DNA from: Utricularia gibba
Lineage: Eukaryota > Plantae > Magnoliophyta
Direction of reading: 5' to 3'
Length of the DNA: 59,733 nt
NCBI GenBank assembly: GCA_002189035.1
Contig: NEEC01000143.1
Coordinates: 1 to 59,733, forward strand
Part shown: one piece after another, positions 39,301 to 54,000 of the stretch
How positions within the stretch are numbered: position 1 is the first letter of the stretch
Layout: the number at the start of each line of letters is the position of its first letter
The notes under the pieces: generated by a model
What the model was told of the DNA's origin: nothing
Database searches by the model: none
Seen by the model: only the letters and a program-made list of their open reading frames with translations
Translations under genes and position numbers: made by a program

Positions 39301-42300
39301 CATTTCATTGCGCATCACCATTCGGGGTGCAGCCGAAAAATCACACGTGCACTGGATTCGTTAAAAGTAAACATTTTTGCGTACCTGGAGTATAATAGTG
39401 TTGGGATAAGTGATGCCACGAAATTCATGATGTAACATGTGACTTTTTCCATCTTGATCGCATATCCGATGAAGTTTGACACCATATGTTTTGGCTGTTG
39501 ATTGATGCAATTAGTTGCCATGATACTTCTGATTCTTGATACACCATTCCCATACACCATGTCTCTAGTGGCTATTTGATTCTTTTGCCGTGTATCCCAT
39601 TTGCATCAATTTCGAGAACGAGAAGCACATTATTAAACGCAGCCACCAAGGAAGGACACGTAAGACACTTTTCGTTGTGGTTTGTTTTTAATATGTCCGC
39701 AGTTATGGGACAAACGTAACTCCAAATTATACTAGCACGAATAGGGCTTCCCAATGGTGTGCTATGAAGAGTTAGCATCTGCATGTTTTGGAAGAGGTGC
39801 TTCGTGACCAGGATGTGCGACATAGTCATTTCATTGCGCATCACCATTCGGGGTGCAGCCGAAAAATCACACGTGCACTGGATTCGTTAAAAGTAAACAT
39901 TTTTGCGTACCTGGAGTATAATAGTGTTGGGATAAGTGATGCCACGAAATTCATGATGTAACATGTGACTTTTTCCATCTTGATCGCATATCCGATGAAG
40001 TTTGACACCATATGTTTTGGCTGTTGATTGATGCAATTAGTTGCCATGATACTTCTGATTCTTGATACACCATTCCCATACACCATGTCTCTAGTGGCTA
40101 TTTGATTCTTTTGCCGTGTATCCCATTTGCATCAATTTCGAGAACGAGAAGCACATTATTAAACGCAGCCACCAAGGAAGGACACGTAAGACACTTTTCG
40201 TTGTGGTTTGTTTTTAATATGTCCACAGTTATGGGACAAACGTAACTCCAAATTATACTACTTGGAGCACGAATAGGGCTTCCCAATGGTGTGCTATGAA
40301 GAGTTAGCATCTGCATGTTTTGGAAGAGGTGCTTCGTGGACCAGGATGTGCGACATAGTCATTTCATTGCGCATCACCATTCGGGTGCAGCCGAAAAATC
40401 ACACGTGCACTGGATTCGTTAAAAGTAAACATTTTTGCGTACCTGGAGTATAATAGTGTTGGGATAAGTGATGCCACGAAATTCATGATGTAACATGTGA
40501 CTTTTTTCCATCTTGATCGCATATCCGATGAAGTTTGACACATATGTTTTGGCTGTTGATTGATGCAATTAGTTGCCATGATACTTCTGATTCTTGATAC
40601 ACCATTCCCATACACCATGTCTCTAGTGGCTATTTGATTCTTTTGCCGTGTATCCCATTTGCATCAATTTCGAGAACGAGAAGCACATTATTAAACGCAG
40701 CCACCAAGGAAGGACACGTAAGACACTTTTCGTTGTGGTTTGTTTTTAATATGTCCACAGTTATGGGACAAACGTAACTCCAAATTATACTACTTGGAGC
40801 ACGAATAGGGCTTCCCAATGGTGTGCTATGAAGAGTTAGCATCTGCATGTTTTGGAAGAGGTGCTTCGTGGACCAGGATGTGCGACATAGTCATTTCATT
40901 GCGCATCACCATTCGGGTGCAGCCGAAAAATCACACGTGCACTGGATTCGTTAAAAGTAAACATTTTTGCGTACCTGGAGTATAATAGTGTTGGGATAAG
41001 TGATGCCACGAAATTCATGATGTAACATGTGACTTTTTTCCATCTTGATCGCATATCCGATGAAGTTTGACACCATATGTTTTGGCTGTTGATTGATGCA
41101 ATTAGTTGCCATGATACTTCTGATTCTTGATACACCATTCCCATACACCATGTCTCTAGTGGCTATTTGATTCTTTTGCCGTGTATCCCATTTGCATCAA
41201 TTTCGAGAACGAGAAGCACATTATTAAACGCAGCCACCAAGGAAGGACACGTAAGACACTTTTCGTTGTGGTTTGTTTTTAATATGTCCACAGTTATGGG
41301 ACAAACGTAACTCCAAATTATACTACTTGGAGCACGAATAGGGCTTCCCAATGGTGTGCTATGAAGAGTTAGCATCTGCATGTTTTGGAAGAGGTGCTTC
41401 GTGGACCAGGATGTGCGACATAGTCATTTCATTGCGCATCACCATTCGGGGTGCAGCCGAAAAATCACACGTGCACTGGATTCGTTAAAAGTAAACATTT
41501 TTGCGTACCTGGAGTATAATAGTGTTGGGATAAGTGATGCCACGAAATTCATGATGTAACATGTGACTTTTTTCCATCTTGATCGCATATCCGATGAAGT
41601 TTGACACATATGTTTTGGCTGTTGATTGATGCAATTAGTTGCCATGATACTTCTGATTCTTGATACACCATTCCCATACACCATGTCTCTAGTGGCTATT
41701 TGATTCTTTTGCCGTGTATCTTTGCATCAATTTCGAGAACGAGAAGCACATTATTAAACGCAGCCACCAAGGAAGGACACGTAAGACACTTTTCGTTGTG
41801 GTTTGTTTTTAATATGTCCACAGTTATGGGACAAACGTAACTCCAAATTATACTACTTGGAGCACGAATAGGGCTTCCCAATGGTGTGCTATGAAGAGTT
41901 AGCATCTGCATGTTTTGGAAGAGGTGCTTCGTGGACCAGGATGTGCGACATAGTCATTTCATTGCGCATCACCATTCGGGGTGCAGCCGAAAAATCACAC
42001 GTGCACTGGATTCGTTAAAAGTAAACATTTTTGCGTACCTGGAGTATAATAGTGTTGGGATAAGTGATGCCACGAAATTCATGATGTAACATGTGACTTT
42101 TTTCCATCTTGATCGCATATCCGATGAAGTTTGACACCATATGTTTTGGCTGTTGATTGATGCAATTAGTTGCCATGATACTTCTGATTCTTGATACACC
42201 ATTCCCATACACCATGTCTCTAGTGGCTATTTGATTCTTTTGCCGTGTATCCCATTTGCATCAATTTCGAGAACGAGAAGCACATTATTAAACGCAGCCA

Positions 42301-45300
42301 CCAAGGAAGGACACGTAAGACACTTTTCGTTGTGGTTTGTTTTTAATATGTCCACAGTTATGGGACAAACGTAACTCCAAATTATACTACTTGGAGCACG
42401 AATAGGGCTTCCCAATGGTGTGCTATGAAGAGTTAGCATCTGCATGTTTTGGAAGAGGTGCTTCGTGGACCAGGATGTGCGACATAGTCATTTCATTGCG
42501 CATCACCATTCGGGGTGCAGCCGAAAAATCACACGTGCACTGGATTCGTTAAAAGTAAACATTTTTGCGTACCTGGAGTATAATAGTGTTGGGATAAGTG
42601 ATGCCACGAAATTCATGATGTAACATGTGACTTTTTTCCATCTTGATCGCATATCCGATGAAGTTTGACACCATATGTTTTGGCTGTTGATTGATGCAAT
42701 TAGTTGCCATGATACTTCTGATTCTTGATACACCATTCCCATACACCATGTCTCTAGTGGCTATTTGATTCTTTTGCCGTGTATCCCATTTGCATCAATT
42801 TCGAGAACGAGAAGCACATTATTAAACGCAGCCACCAAGGAAGGACACGTAAGACACTTTTCGTTGTGGTTTGTTTTTAATATGTCCACAGTTATGGGAC
42901 AAACGTAACTCCAAATTATACTACTTGGAGCACGAATAGGGCTTCCCAATGGTGTGCTATGAAGAGTTAGCATCTGCATGTTTTGGAAGAGGTGCTTCGT
43001 GGACCAGGATGTGCGACATAGTCATTTCATTGCGCATCACCATTCGGGTGCAGCCGAAAAATCACACGTGCACTGGATTCGTTAAAAGTAAACATTTTTG
43101 CGTACCTGGAGTATAATAGTGTTGGGATAAGTGATGCCACGAAATTCATGATGTAACATGTGACTTTTTTCCATCTTGATCGCATATCCGATGAAGTTTG
43201 ACACCATATGTTTTGGCTGTTGATTGATGCAATTAGTTGCCATGATACTTCTGATTCTTGATACACCATTCCCATACACCATGTCTCTAGTGGCTATTTG
43301 ATTCTTTTGCCGTGTATCCATTTGCATCAATTTCGAGAACGAGAAGCACATTATTAAACGCAGCCACCAAGGAAGGACACGTAAGACACTTTTCGTTGTG
43401 GTTTGTTTTTAATATGTCCACAGTTATGGGACAAACGTAACTCCAAATTATACTACTTGGAGCACGAATAGGGCTTCCCAATGGTGTGCTATGAAGAGTT
43501 AGCATCTGCATGTTTTGGAAGAGGTGCTTCGTGGACCAGGATGTGCGACATAGTCATTTCATTGCGCATCACCATTCGGGGTGCAGCCGAAAAATCACAC
43601 GTGCACTGGATTCGTTAAAAGTAAACATTTTTGCGTACCTGGAGTATAATAGTGTTGGGATAAGTGATGCCACGAAATTCATGATGTAACATGTGACTTT
43701 TTTCCATCTTGATCGCATATCCGATGAAGTTTGACACCATATGTTTTGGCAGTTGATTGATGCAATTAGTTGCCATGATACTTCTGATTCTTGATACACC
43801 ATTCCCATACACCATGTCTCTAGTGGCTATTTGATTCTTTTGCCGTGTATCCCATTTGCATCAATTTCGAGAACGAGAAGCACATTATTAAACGCAGCCA
43901 CCAAGGAAGGACACGTAAGACACTTTTCGTTGTGGTTTGTTTTTAATATGTCCGCAGTTATGGGACAAACGTAACTCCAAATTATACTACTTGGAGCACG
44001 AATAGGGCTTCCCAATGGTGTGCTATGAAGAGTTAGCATCTGCATGTTTTGGAAGAGGTGCTTCGTGGACCAGGATGTGCGACATAGTCATTTCATTGCG
44101 CATCACCATTCGGGTGCAGCCGAAAAATCACACGTGCACTGGATTCGTTAAAAGTAAACATTTTTGCGTACCTGGAGTATAATAGTGTTGGGATAAGTGA
44201 TGCCACGAAATTCATGATGTAACATGTGACTTTTTTCCATCTTGATCGCATATCCGATGAAGTTTGACACAATATGTTTTGGCTGTTGATTGATGCAATT
44301 AGTTGCCATGATACTTCTGATTCTTGATACACCATTCCCATACACCATGTCTCTAGTGGCTATTTGATTCTTTTGCCGTGTATCCCATTTGCATCAATTT
44401 CGAGAACGAGAAGCACATTATTAAACGCAGCCACCAAGGAAGGACACGTAAGACACTTTTCGTTGTGGTTTGTTTTTAATATGTCCACAGTTATGGGACA
44501 AACGTAACTCCAAATTATACTACTTGGAGCACGAATAGGGCTTCCCAATGGTGTGCTATGAAGAGTTAGCATCTGCATGTTTTGGAAGAGGTGCTTCGTG
44601 GACCAGGATGTGCGACATAGTCATTTCATTGCGCATCACCATTCGGGGTGCAGCCGAAAAATCACACGTGCACTGGATTCGTTAAAAGTAAACATTTTTG
44701 CGTACCTGGAGTATAATAGTGTTGGGATAAGTGATGCCACGAAATTCATGATGTAACATGTGACTTTTTCCATCTTGATCGCATATCCGATGAAGTTTGA
44801 CACATATGTTTTGGCTGTTGATTGATGCAATTAGTTGCCATGATACTTCTGATTCTTGATACACCATTCCCATACACCATGTCTCTAGTGGCTATTTGAT
44901 TCTTTTGCCGTGTATCCCATTTGCATCAATTTCGAGAACGAGAAGCACATTATTAAACGCAGCCACCAAGGAAGGACACGTAAGACACTTTTCGTTGTGG
45001 TTTGTTTTTAATATGTCCACAGTTATGGGACAAACGTAACTCCAAATTATACTACTTGGAGCACGAATAGGGCTTCCCAATGGTGTGCTATGAAGAGTTA
45101 GCATCTGCATGTTTTGGAAGAGGTGCTTCGTGGACAGGATGTGCGACATAGTCATTTCATTGCGCATCACCATTCGGGGTGCAGCCGAAAAATCACACGT
45201 GCACTGGATTCGTTAAAAGTAAACATTTTTGCGTACCTGGAGTATAATAGTGTTGGGATAAGTGATGCCACGAAATTCATGATGTAACATGTGACTTTTT

Positions 45301-46750
45301 TCCATCTTGATCGCATATCCGATGAAGTTTGACACCATATGTTTTGGCTGTTGATTGATGCAATTAGTTGCCATGATACTTCTGATTCTTGATACACCAT
45401 TCCCATACACCATGTCTCTAGTGGCTATTTGATTCTTTTGCCGTGTATCCCATTTGCATCAATTTCGAGAACGAGAAGCACATTATTAAACGCAGCCACC
45501 AAGGAAGGACACGTAAGACACTTTTCGTTGTGGTTTGTTTTTAATATGTCCAGTTATGGGACAAACGTAACTCCAAATTATACTACTTGGAGCACGAATA
45601 GGGCTTCCCAATGGTGTGCTATGAAGAGTTAGCATCTGCATGTTTTGGAAGAGGTGCTTCGTGGACCAGGATGTGCGACATAGTCATTTCATTGCGCATC
45701 ACCATTCGGGGTGCAGCCGAAAAATCACACGTGCACTGGATTCGTTAAAAGTAAACATTTTTGCGTACCTGGAGTATAATAGTGTTGGGATAAGTGATGC
45801 CACGAAATTCATGATGTAACATGTGACTTTTTCCATCTTGATCGCATATCCGATGAAGTTTGACACCATATGTTTTGGCTGTTGATTGATGCAATTAGTT
45901 GCCATGATACTTCTGATTCTTGATACACCATTCCCATACACCATGTCTCTAGTGGCTATTTGATTCTTTTGCCGTGTATCCCATTTGCATCAATTTCGAG
46001 AACGAGAAGCACATTATTAAACGCAGCCACCAAGGAAGGACACGTAAGACACTTTTCGTTGTGGTTTGTTTTTAATATGTCCACAGTTATGGGACAAACG
46101 TAACTCCAAATTATACTTCTTGGAGCACGAATAGGGCTTCCCAATGGTGTGCTATGAAGAGTTAGCATCTGCATGTTTTGGAAGAGGTGCTTCGTGACCA
46201 GGATGTGCGACATAGTCATTTCATTGCGCATCACCATTCGGGTGCAGCCTAAAAATCACACGTGCACTGGATTCGTTAAAAGTAAACATTTTTGCGTACC
46301 TGGAGTATAATAGTGTTGGGATAAGTGATGCCACGAAATTCATGATGTAACATGTGACTTTTTTCCATCTTGATCGCATATCCGATGAAGTTTGACACCA
46401 TATGTTTTGGCTGTTGATTGATGCAATTAGTTGCCATGATACTTCTGATTCTTGATACACCATTCCCATACACCATGTCTCTAGTGGCTATTTGATTCTT
46501 TTGCCGTGTATCCCATTTGCATCAATTTCGAGAACGAGAAGCACATTATTAAACGCAGCCACCAAGGAAGGACACGTAAGACACTTTTCGTTGTGGTTTG
46601 TTTTTAATATGTCCAGTTATGGGACAAACGTAACTCCAAATTATACTACTTGGAGCACGAATAGGGCTTCCCAATGGTGTGCTATGAAGAGTTAGCATCT
46701 GCATGTTTTGGAAAGGTGCTTCGTGGACCAGGATGTGCGACATAGTCATT

Positions 46751-48043
46751 TCATTGCGCATCACCATTCGGGTGCAGCCGAAAAATCACACGTGCACTGG
46801 ATTCGTTAAAAGTAAACATTTTTGCGTACCTGGAGTATAATAGTGTTGTGGATGTAACATGTGACTGATCGCATATCCGATGAAGTTTGACACCATATGA
46901 TTGATTGATGCAATTAGTTGCCATGATACTTCTGATTCTTTTCCCATACACCATGTCTCTAGTGGCTATTTGATTCTTTTGCCGTGTATATCATCAATTT
47001 CGAGAACGAGAAGCACATTATTAAACGCAGCCACCAAGGAAGGACACGTAAGACACTTTTCGTTGTGGTTTGTTTTTAATATGTCCAGTTATGGACAAAC
47101 GTAACTCCAAATTATACTACTTGGAGCACGAATAGGGCTTCCCAATGGTGTGCTATGAAGAGTTAGCATCTGCATGTTTTGGAAGAGGTGCTTCGTGGAC
47201 CAGGATGTGCGAGTCATTTCATTGCGCATGTGCACTGGATTCGTTCGTACCTGGAGTATAATAGTGTTGGGATAAGTGATGCCACGAAATTCATGATGTA
47301 ACATGTGACTTTTTTCCATCTTGATCGCATATCCGATGAAGTTTGACACCTGTTGATTGATCAATTAGTTGCCATGATACTTCTGATTCTTGGTCTCTAG
47401 TGGCTATTTGATTCTTTTGCCGTGTATCCATCAATTTCGAGAACGAGAAGCACATTATTAAACGCAGCCACCAAGGAAGGACACGTAAGACACTTTTCGT
47501 TGTGGTTTGTTTTTAATATGAACAAACGTAGGAGCACGAATAGGGCAATGGTGTGCTATTTAGCTCTGCATGTTTTGGAACTTCGTGGACCAGGATGTGC
47601 GACATAGTCATTTCATTGCGCATCACCATTCGGAGCCGAAAAATCACACGGCACTGGATTCGTTAAAAGTAAACATTTTTGCGTACCTTTCCACGAAATT
47701 CATGATGTAACATGTGACTTGATCGCATATCCGATGAAGTTTGACACCATATGTTTTGGCCAATTAGTTGCCATGATACTTCTGATTCTTGGTCTCTAGT
47801 GGCTATTTGATTCAAATCAATTTCGAGAACGAGAAGCACATTATTAAACGCAGCCACCAAGGAAGGACACGTAAGACACTTTTCGTTGTGGTTTGTTTTT
47901 AATATGTCCACAGTTACAAACGTAACTCCAAATTATACTACTTGGAGCACGAATAGGGCTTCCCAATGGTGTGCTATGAAGAGTTAGCATCTGCATGTTT
48001 TGGAAGAGGTGCTTCGTGGACCAGGATGTGCGACATAGTCATT
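46751..48043. repeat. Three consecutive internally deleted monomers (468, 394 and 431 bp)
   Basis: Landmark positions are 46751, 47219, 47613 and 48044. Each copy has several multi-base deletions, about 309 bp in total relative to 3 x 534. Confidence 0.9.
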
Positions 48044-51000
48044 TCATTGCGCATCACCATTCGGGGTGCAGCCGAAAAATCACACGTGCACTGGATTCGT
48101 TAAAAGTAAACATTTTTGCGTACCTGGAGTATAATAGTGTTGGGATAAGTGATGCCACGAAATTCATGATGTAACATGTGACTTTTTTCCATCTTGATCG
48201 CATATCCGATGAAGTTTGACACAATATGTTTTGGCTGTTGATTGATTCAATTAGTTGCCATGATACTTCTGATTCTTGATACACCATTCCCATACACCAT
48301 GTCTCTAGTGGCTATTTGATTCTTTTGCCGTGTATCTTTGCATCAATTTCGAGAACGAGAAGCACATTATTAAACGCAGCCACCAAGGAAGGACACGTAA
48401 GACACTTTTCGTTGTGGTTTGTTTTTAATATGTCCAGTTATGGGACAAACGTAACTCCAAATTATACTACTTGGAGCACGAATAGGGCTTCCCAATGGTG
48501 TGCTATGAAGAGTTAGCATCTGCATGTTTTGGAAGAGGTGCTTCGTGGACCAGGATGTGCGACATAGTCATTTCATTGCGCATCACCATTCGGGTGCAGC
48601 CGAAAAATCACACGTGCACTGGATTCGTTAAAAGTAAACATTTTTGCGTACCTGGAGTATAATAGTGTTGGGATAAGTGATGCCACGAAATTCATGATGT
48701 AACATGTGACTTTTTTCCATCTTGATCGCATATCCGATGAAGTTTGACACCATATGTTTTGGCAGTTGATTGATGCAATTAGTTGCCATGATACTTCTGA
48801 TTCTTGATACACCATTCCCATACACCATGTCTCTAGTGGCTATTTGATTCTTTTGCCGTGTATCCCATTTGCATCAATTTCGAGAACGAGAAGCACATTA
48901 TTAAACGCAGCCACCAAGGAAGGACACGTAAGACACTTTTCGTTGTGGTTTGTTTTTAATATGTCCACAGTTATGGGACAAACGTAACTCCAAATTATAC
49001 TACTTGGAGCACGAATAGGGCTTCCCAATGGTGTGCTATGAAGAGTTAGCTCTGCATGTTTTGGAAGAGGTGCTTCGTGGACCAGGATGTGCGACATAGT
49101 CATTTCATTGCGCATCACCATTCGGGGTGCAGCCGAAAAATCACACGTGCACTGGATTCGTTAAAAGTAAACATTTTTGCGTACCTGGAGTATAATAGTG
49201 TTGGGATAAGTGATGCCACGAAATTCATGATGTAACATGTGACTTTTTCCATCTTGATCGCATATCCGATGAAGTTTGACACCATATGTTTTGGCAGTTG
49301 ATTGATGCAATTAGTTGCCATGATACTTCTGATTCTTGATACACCATTCCCATACACCATGTCTCTAGTGGCTATTTGATTCTTTTGCCGTGTATCCCAT
49401 TTGCATCAATTTCGAGAACGAGAAGCACATTATTAAACGCAGCCACCAAGGAAGGACACGTAAGACACTTTTCGTTGTGGTTTGTTTTTAATATGTCCAC
49501 AGTTATGGGACAAACGTAACTCCAAATTATACTACTTGGAGCACGAATAGGGCTTCCCAATGGTGTGCTATGAAGAGTTAGCATCTGCATGTTTTGGAAG
49601 AGGTGCTTCGTGACCAGGATGTGCGACATAGTCATTTCATTGCGCATCACCATTCGGGTGCAGCCGAAAAATCACACGTGCACTGGATTCGTTAAAAGTA
49701 AACATTTTTGCGTACCTGGAGTATAATAGTGTTGGGATAAGTGATGCCACGAAATTCATGATGTAACATGTGACTTTTTTCCATCTTGATCGCATATCCG
49801 ATGAAGTTTGACACCATATGTTTTGGCTGTTGATTGATGCAATTAGTTGCCATGATACTTCTGATTCTTGATACACCATTCCCATACACCATGTCTCTAG
49901 TGGCTATTTGATTCTTTTGCCGTGTATCCCATTTGCATCAATTTCGAGAACGAGAAGCACATTATTAAACGCAGCCACCAAGGAAGGACACGTAAGACAC
50001 TTTTCGTTGTGGTTTGTTTTTAATATGTCCACAGTTATGGGACAAACGTAACTCCAAATTATACTTCTTGGAGCACGAATAGGGCTTCCCAATGGTGTGC
50101 TATGAAGAGTTAGCATCTGCATGTTTTGGAAGAGGTGCTTCGTGGACCAGGATGTGCGACATAGTCATTTCATTGCGCATCACCATTCGGGTGCAGCCTA
50201 AAAATCACACGTGCACTGGATTCGTTAAAAGTAAACATTTTTGCGTACCTGGAGTATAATAGTGTTGGGATAAGTGATGCCACGAAATTCATGATGTAAC
50301 ATGTGACTTTTTTCCATCTTGATCGCATATCCGATGAAGTTTGACACAATATGTTTGGCTGTTGATTGATGCAATTAGTTGCCATGATACTTCTGATTCT
50401 TGATACACCATTCCCATACACCATGTCTCTAGTGGCTATTTGATTCTTTTGCCGTGTATCTTTTTGCATCAATTTCGAGAACGAGAAGCACATTATTAAA
50501 CGCAGCCACCAAGGAAGGACACGTAAGACACTTTTCGTTGTGGTTTGTTTTTAATATGTCCACAGTTATGGGACAAACGTAACTCCAATTATACTACTTG
50601 GAGCACGAATAGGGCTTCCCAATGGTGTGCTATGAAGAGTTAGCTCTGCATGTTTTGGAAGAGGTGCTTCGTGGACCGGATGTGCGACATAGTCATTTCA
50701 TTGCGCATCACCATTCGGGGTGCAGCCGAAAAATCACACGTTTACTGGATTCGTTAAAAGTAAACATTTTTGCGTACCTGGTGTATAATAGTGTTGGGAT
50801 AAGTGATGCCACGAAATTCATGATGTAACATGTGACTTTTTCCATCTTGATCGCATATCCGATGAAGTTTGACACCATATGTTTTGGCAGTTGATTGATG
50901 CAATTAGTTGCCATGATACTTCTGATTCTTGATACACCATTCCCATACACCATGTCTCTAGTGGCTATTTGATTCTTTTGCCGTGTATCCCATTTGCATC

Positions 51001-54000
51001 AATTTCGAGAACGAGAAGCACATTATTAAACGCAGCCACCAAGGAAGGACACGTAAGACACTTTTCGTTGTGGTTTGTTTTTAATATGTCCCAGTTATGG
51101 GACAAACGTAACTCCAAATTATACTACTTGGAGCACGAATAGGGCTTCCCAATGGTGTGCTATGAAGAGTTAGCTCTGCATGTTTTGGAAGAGGTGCTTC
51201 GTGGACCGGATGTGCGACATAGTCATTTCATTGCGCATCACCATTCGGGTGCAGCCGAAAAATCACACGTGCACTGGATTCGTTAAAAGTAAACATTTTT
51301 GCGTACCTGGAGTATAATAGTGTTGGGATAAGTGATGCCACGAAATTCATGATGTAACATGTGACTTTTTTCCATCTTGATCGCATATCCGATGAAGTTT
51401 GACACCATATGTTTTGGCAGTTGATTGATTCAATTAGTTGCCATGATACTTCTGATTCTTGATACACCATTCCCATACACCATGTCTCTAGTGGCTATTT
51501 GATTCTTTTGCCGTGTATCCCATTTGCATCAATTTCGAGAACGAGAAGCACATTATTAAACGCAGCCACCAAGGAAGGACACGTAAGACACTTTTCGTGG
51601 TTTGTTTTTAATATGTCCACAGTTATGGGACAAACGTAACTCCAAATTATACTACTTGGAGCACGAATAGGGCTTCCCAATGGTGTGCTATGAAGAGTTA
51701 GCATCTGCATGTTTTGGAAGAGGTGCTTCGTGGACCAGGATGTGCGACATAGTCATTTCATTGCGCATCACCATTCGGGTGCAGCCGAAAAATCACACGT
51801 GCACTGGATTCGTTAAAAGTAAACATTTTTGCGTACCTGGAGTATAATAGTGTTGGGATAAGTGATGCCACGAAATTCATGATGTAACATGTGACTTTTT
51901 TCCATCTTGATCGCATATCCGATGAAGTTTGACACAATATGTTTTGGCTGTTGATTGATGCAATTAGTTGCCATGATACTTCTGATTCTTGATACACCAT
52001 TCCCATACACCATGTCTCTAGTGGCTATTTGATTCTTTTGCCGTGTATCTTGTTGCATCAATTTCGAGAACGAGAAGCACATTATTAAACGCAGCCACCA
52101 AGGAAGGACACGTAAGACACTTTTCGTTGTGGTTTGTTTTTAATATGTCCACAGTTATGGGACAAACGTAACTCCAAATTATACTACTTGGAGCACGAAT
52201 AGGGCTTCCCAATGGTGTGCTATGAAGAGTTAGCATCTGCATGTTTTGGAAGAGGTGCTTCGTGGACCAGGATGTGCGACATAGTCATTTCATTGCGCAT
52301 CACCATTCGGGGTGCAGCCGAAAAATCACACGTGCACTGGATTCGTTAAAAGTAAACATTTTTGCGTACCTGGAGTATAATAGTGTTGGGATAAGTGATG
52401 CCACGAAATTCATGATGTAACATGTGACTTTTTTCCATCTTGATCGCATATCCGATGAAGTTTGACACCATATGTTTTGGCTGTTGATTGATGCAATTAG
52501 TTGCCATGATACTTCTGATTCTTGATACACCATTCCATACACCATGTCTCTAGTGGCTATTTGATTCTTTTGCCGTGTATCCATTTGCATCAATTTCGAG
52601 AACGAGAAGCACATTATTAAACGCAGCCACCAAGGAAGGACACGTAAGACACTTTTCGTTGTGGTTTGTTTTTAATATGTCCACAGTTATGGGACAAACG
52701 TAACTCCAAATTATACTACTTGGAGCACGAATAGGGCTTCCCAATGGTGTGCTATGAAGAGTTAGCATCTGCATGTTTTGGAAGAGGTGCTTCGTGGACC
52801 AGGATGTGCGACATAGTCATTTCATTGCGCATCACCATTCGGGTGCAGCCGAAAAATCACACGTGCACTGGATTCGTTAAAAGTAAACATTTTTGCGTAC
52901 CTGGAGTATAATAGTGTTGGGATAAGTGATGCCACGAAATTCATGATGTAACATGTGACTTTTTTCCATCTTGATCGCATATCCGATGAAGTTTGACACA
53001 ATATGTTTTGGCTGTTGATTGATGCAATTAGTTGCCATGATACTTCTGATTCTTGATACACCATTCCCATACACCATGTCTCTAGTGGCTATTTGATTCT
53101 TTTGCCGTGTATCCCATTTGCATCAATTTCGAGAACGAGAAGCACATTATTAAACGCAGCCACCAAGGAAGGACACGTAAGACACTTTTCGTTGTGGTTT
53201 GTTTTTAATATGTCCACAGTTATGGGACAAACGTAACTCCAAATTATACTACTTGGAGCACGAATAGGGCTTCCCAATGGTGTGCTATGAAGAGTTAGCA
53301 TCTGCATGTTTTGGAAGAGGTGCTTCGTGGACCAGGATGTGCGACATAGTCATTTCATTGCGCATCACCATTCGGGGTGCAGCCGAAAAATCACACGTGC
53401 ACTGGATTCGTTAAAAGTAAACATTTTTGCGTACCTGGAGTATAATAGTGTTGGGATAAGTGATGCCACGAAATTCATGATGTAACATGTGACTTTTTTC
53501 CATCTTGATCGCATATCCGATGAAGTTTGACACAATATGTTTTGGCTGTTGATTGATTCAATTAGTTGCCATGATACTTCTGATTCTTGATACACCATTC
53601 CCATACACCATGTCTCTAGTGGCTATTTGATTCTTTTGCCGTGTATCCCATTTGCATCAATTTCGAGAACGAGAAGCACATTATTAAACGCAGCCACCAA
53701 GGAAGGACACGTAAGACACTTTTCGTTGTGGTTTGTTTTTAATATGTCCACAGTTATGGGACAAACGTAACTCCAAATTATACTACTTGGAGCACGAATA
53801 GGGCTTCCCAATGGTGTGCTATGAAGAGTTAGCATCTGCATGTTTTGGAAGAGGTGCTTCGTGGAGGATGTGCGACATAGTCATTTCATTGCGCATCACC
53901 ATTCGGGTGCAGCCGAAAAATCACACGTGCACTGGATTTTAAAAGTAAACATTTTTGCGTACCTGGAGTATAATAGTGTTGGGATAAGTGATGCCACGAA

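Larger units (their letters stand above)
27600..46740. repeat. Homogeneous core of the array, ~36 monomers almost all of the majority haplotype
   Basis: No GTTTAC, CCTGGTGT or TAGGAAG alleles occur in this span. Monomer spacing is mostly 530-534 bp, except the deleted copies near 28.7, 31.9 and 39.7 kb. Confidence 0.85.

Noticed and set aside
45429-45632. Plus-strand peptide TLLNAATKEGHV resembling the ankyrin TPLHxAAxxGH motif
   Set aside because: It is a single partial motif that lacks the P and H. There is no 33-aa periodicity, and the frame is short and closed by stops in the clean monomer.
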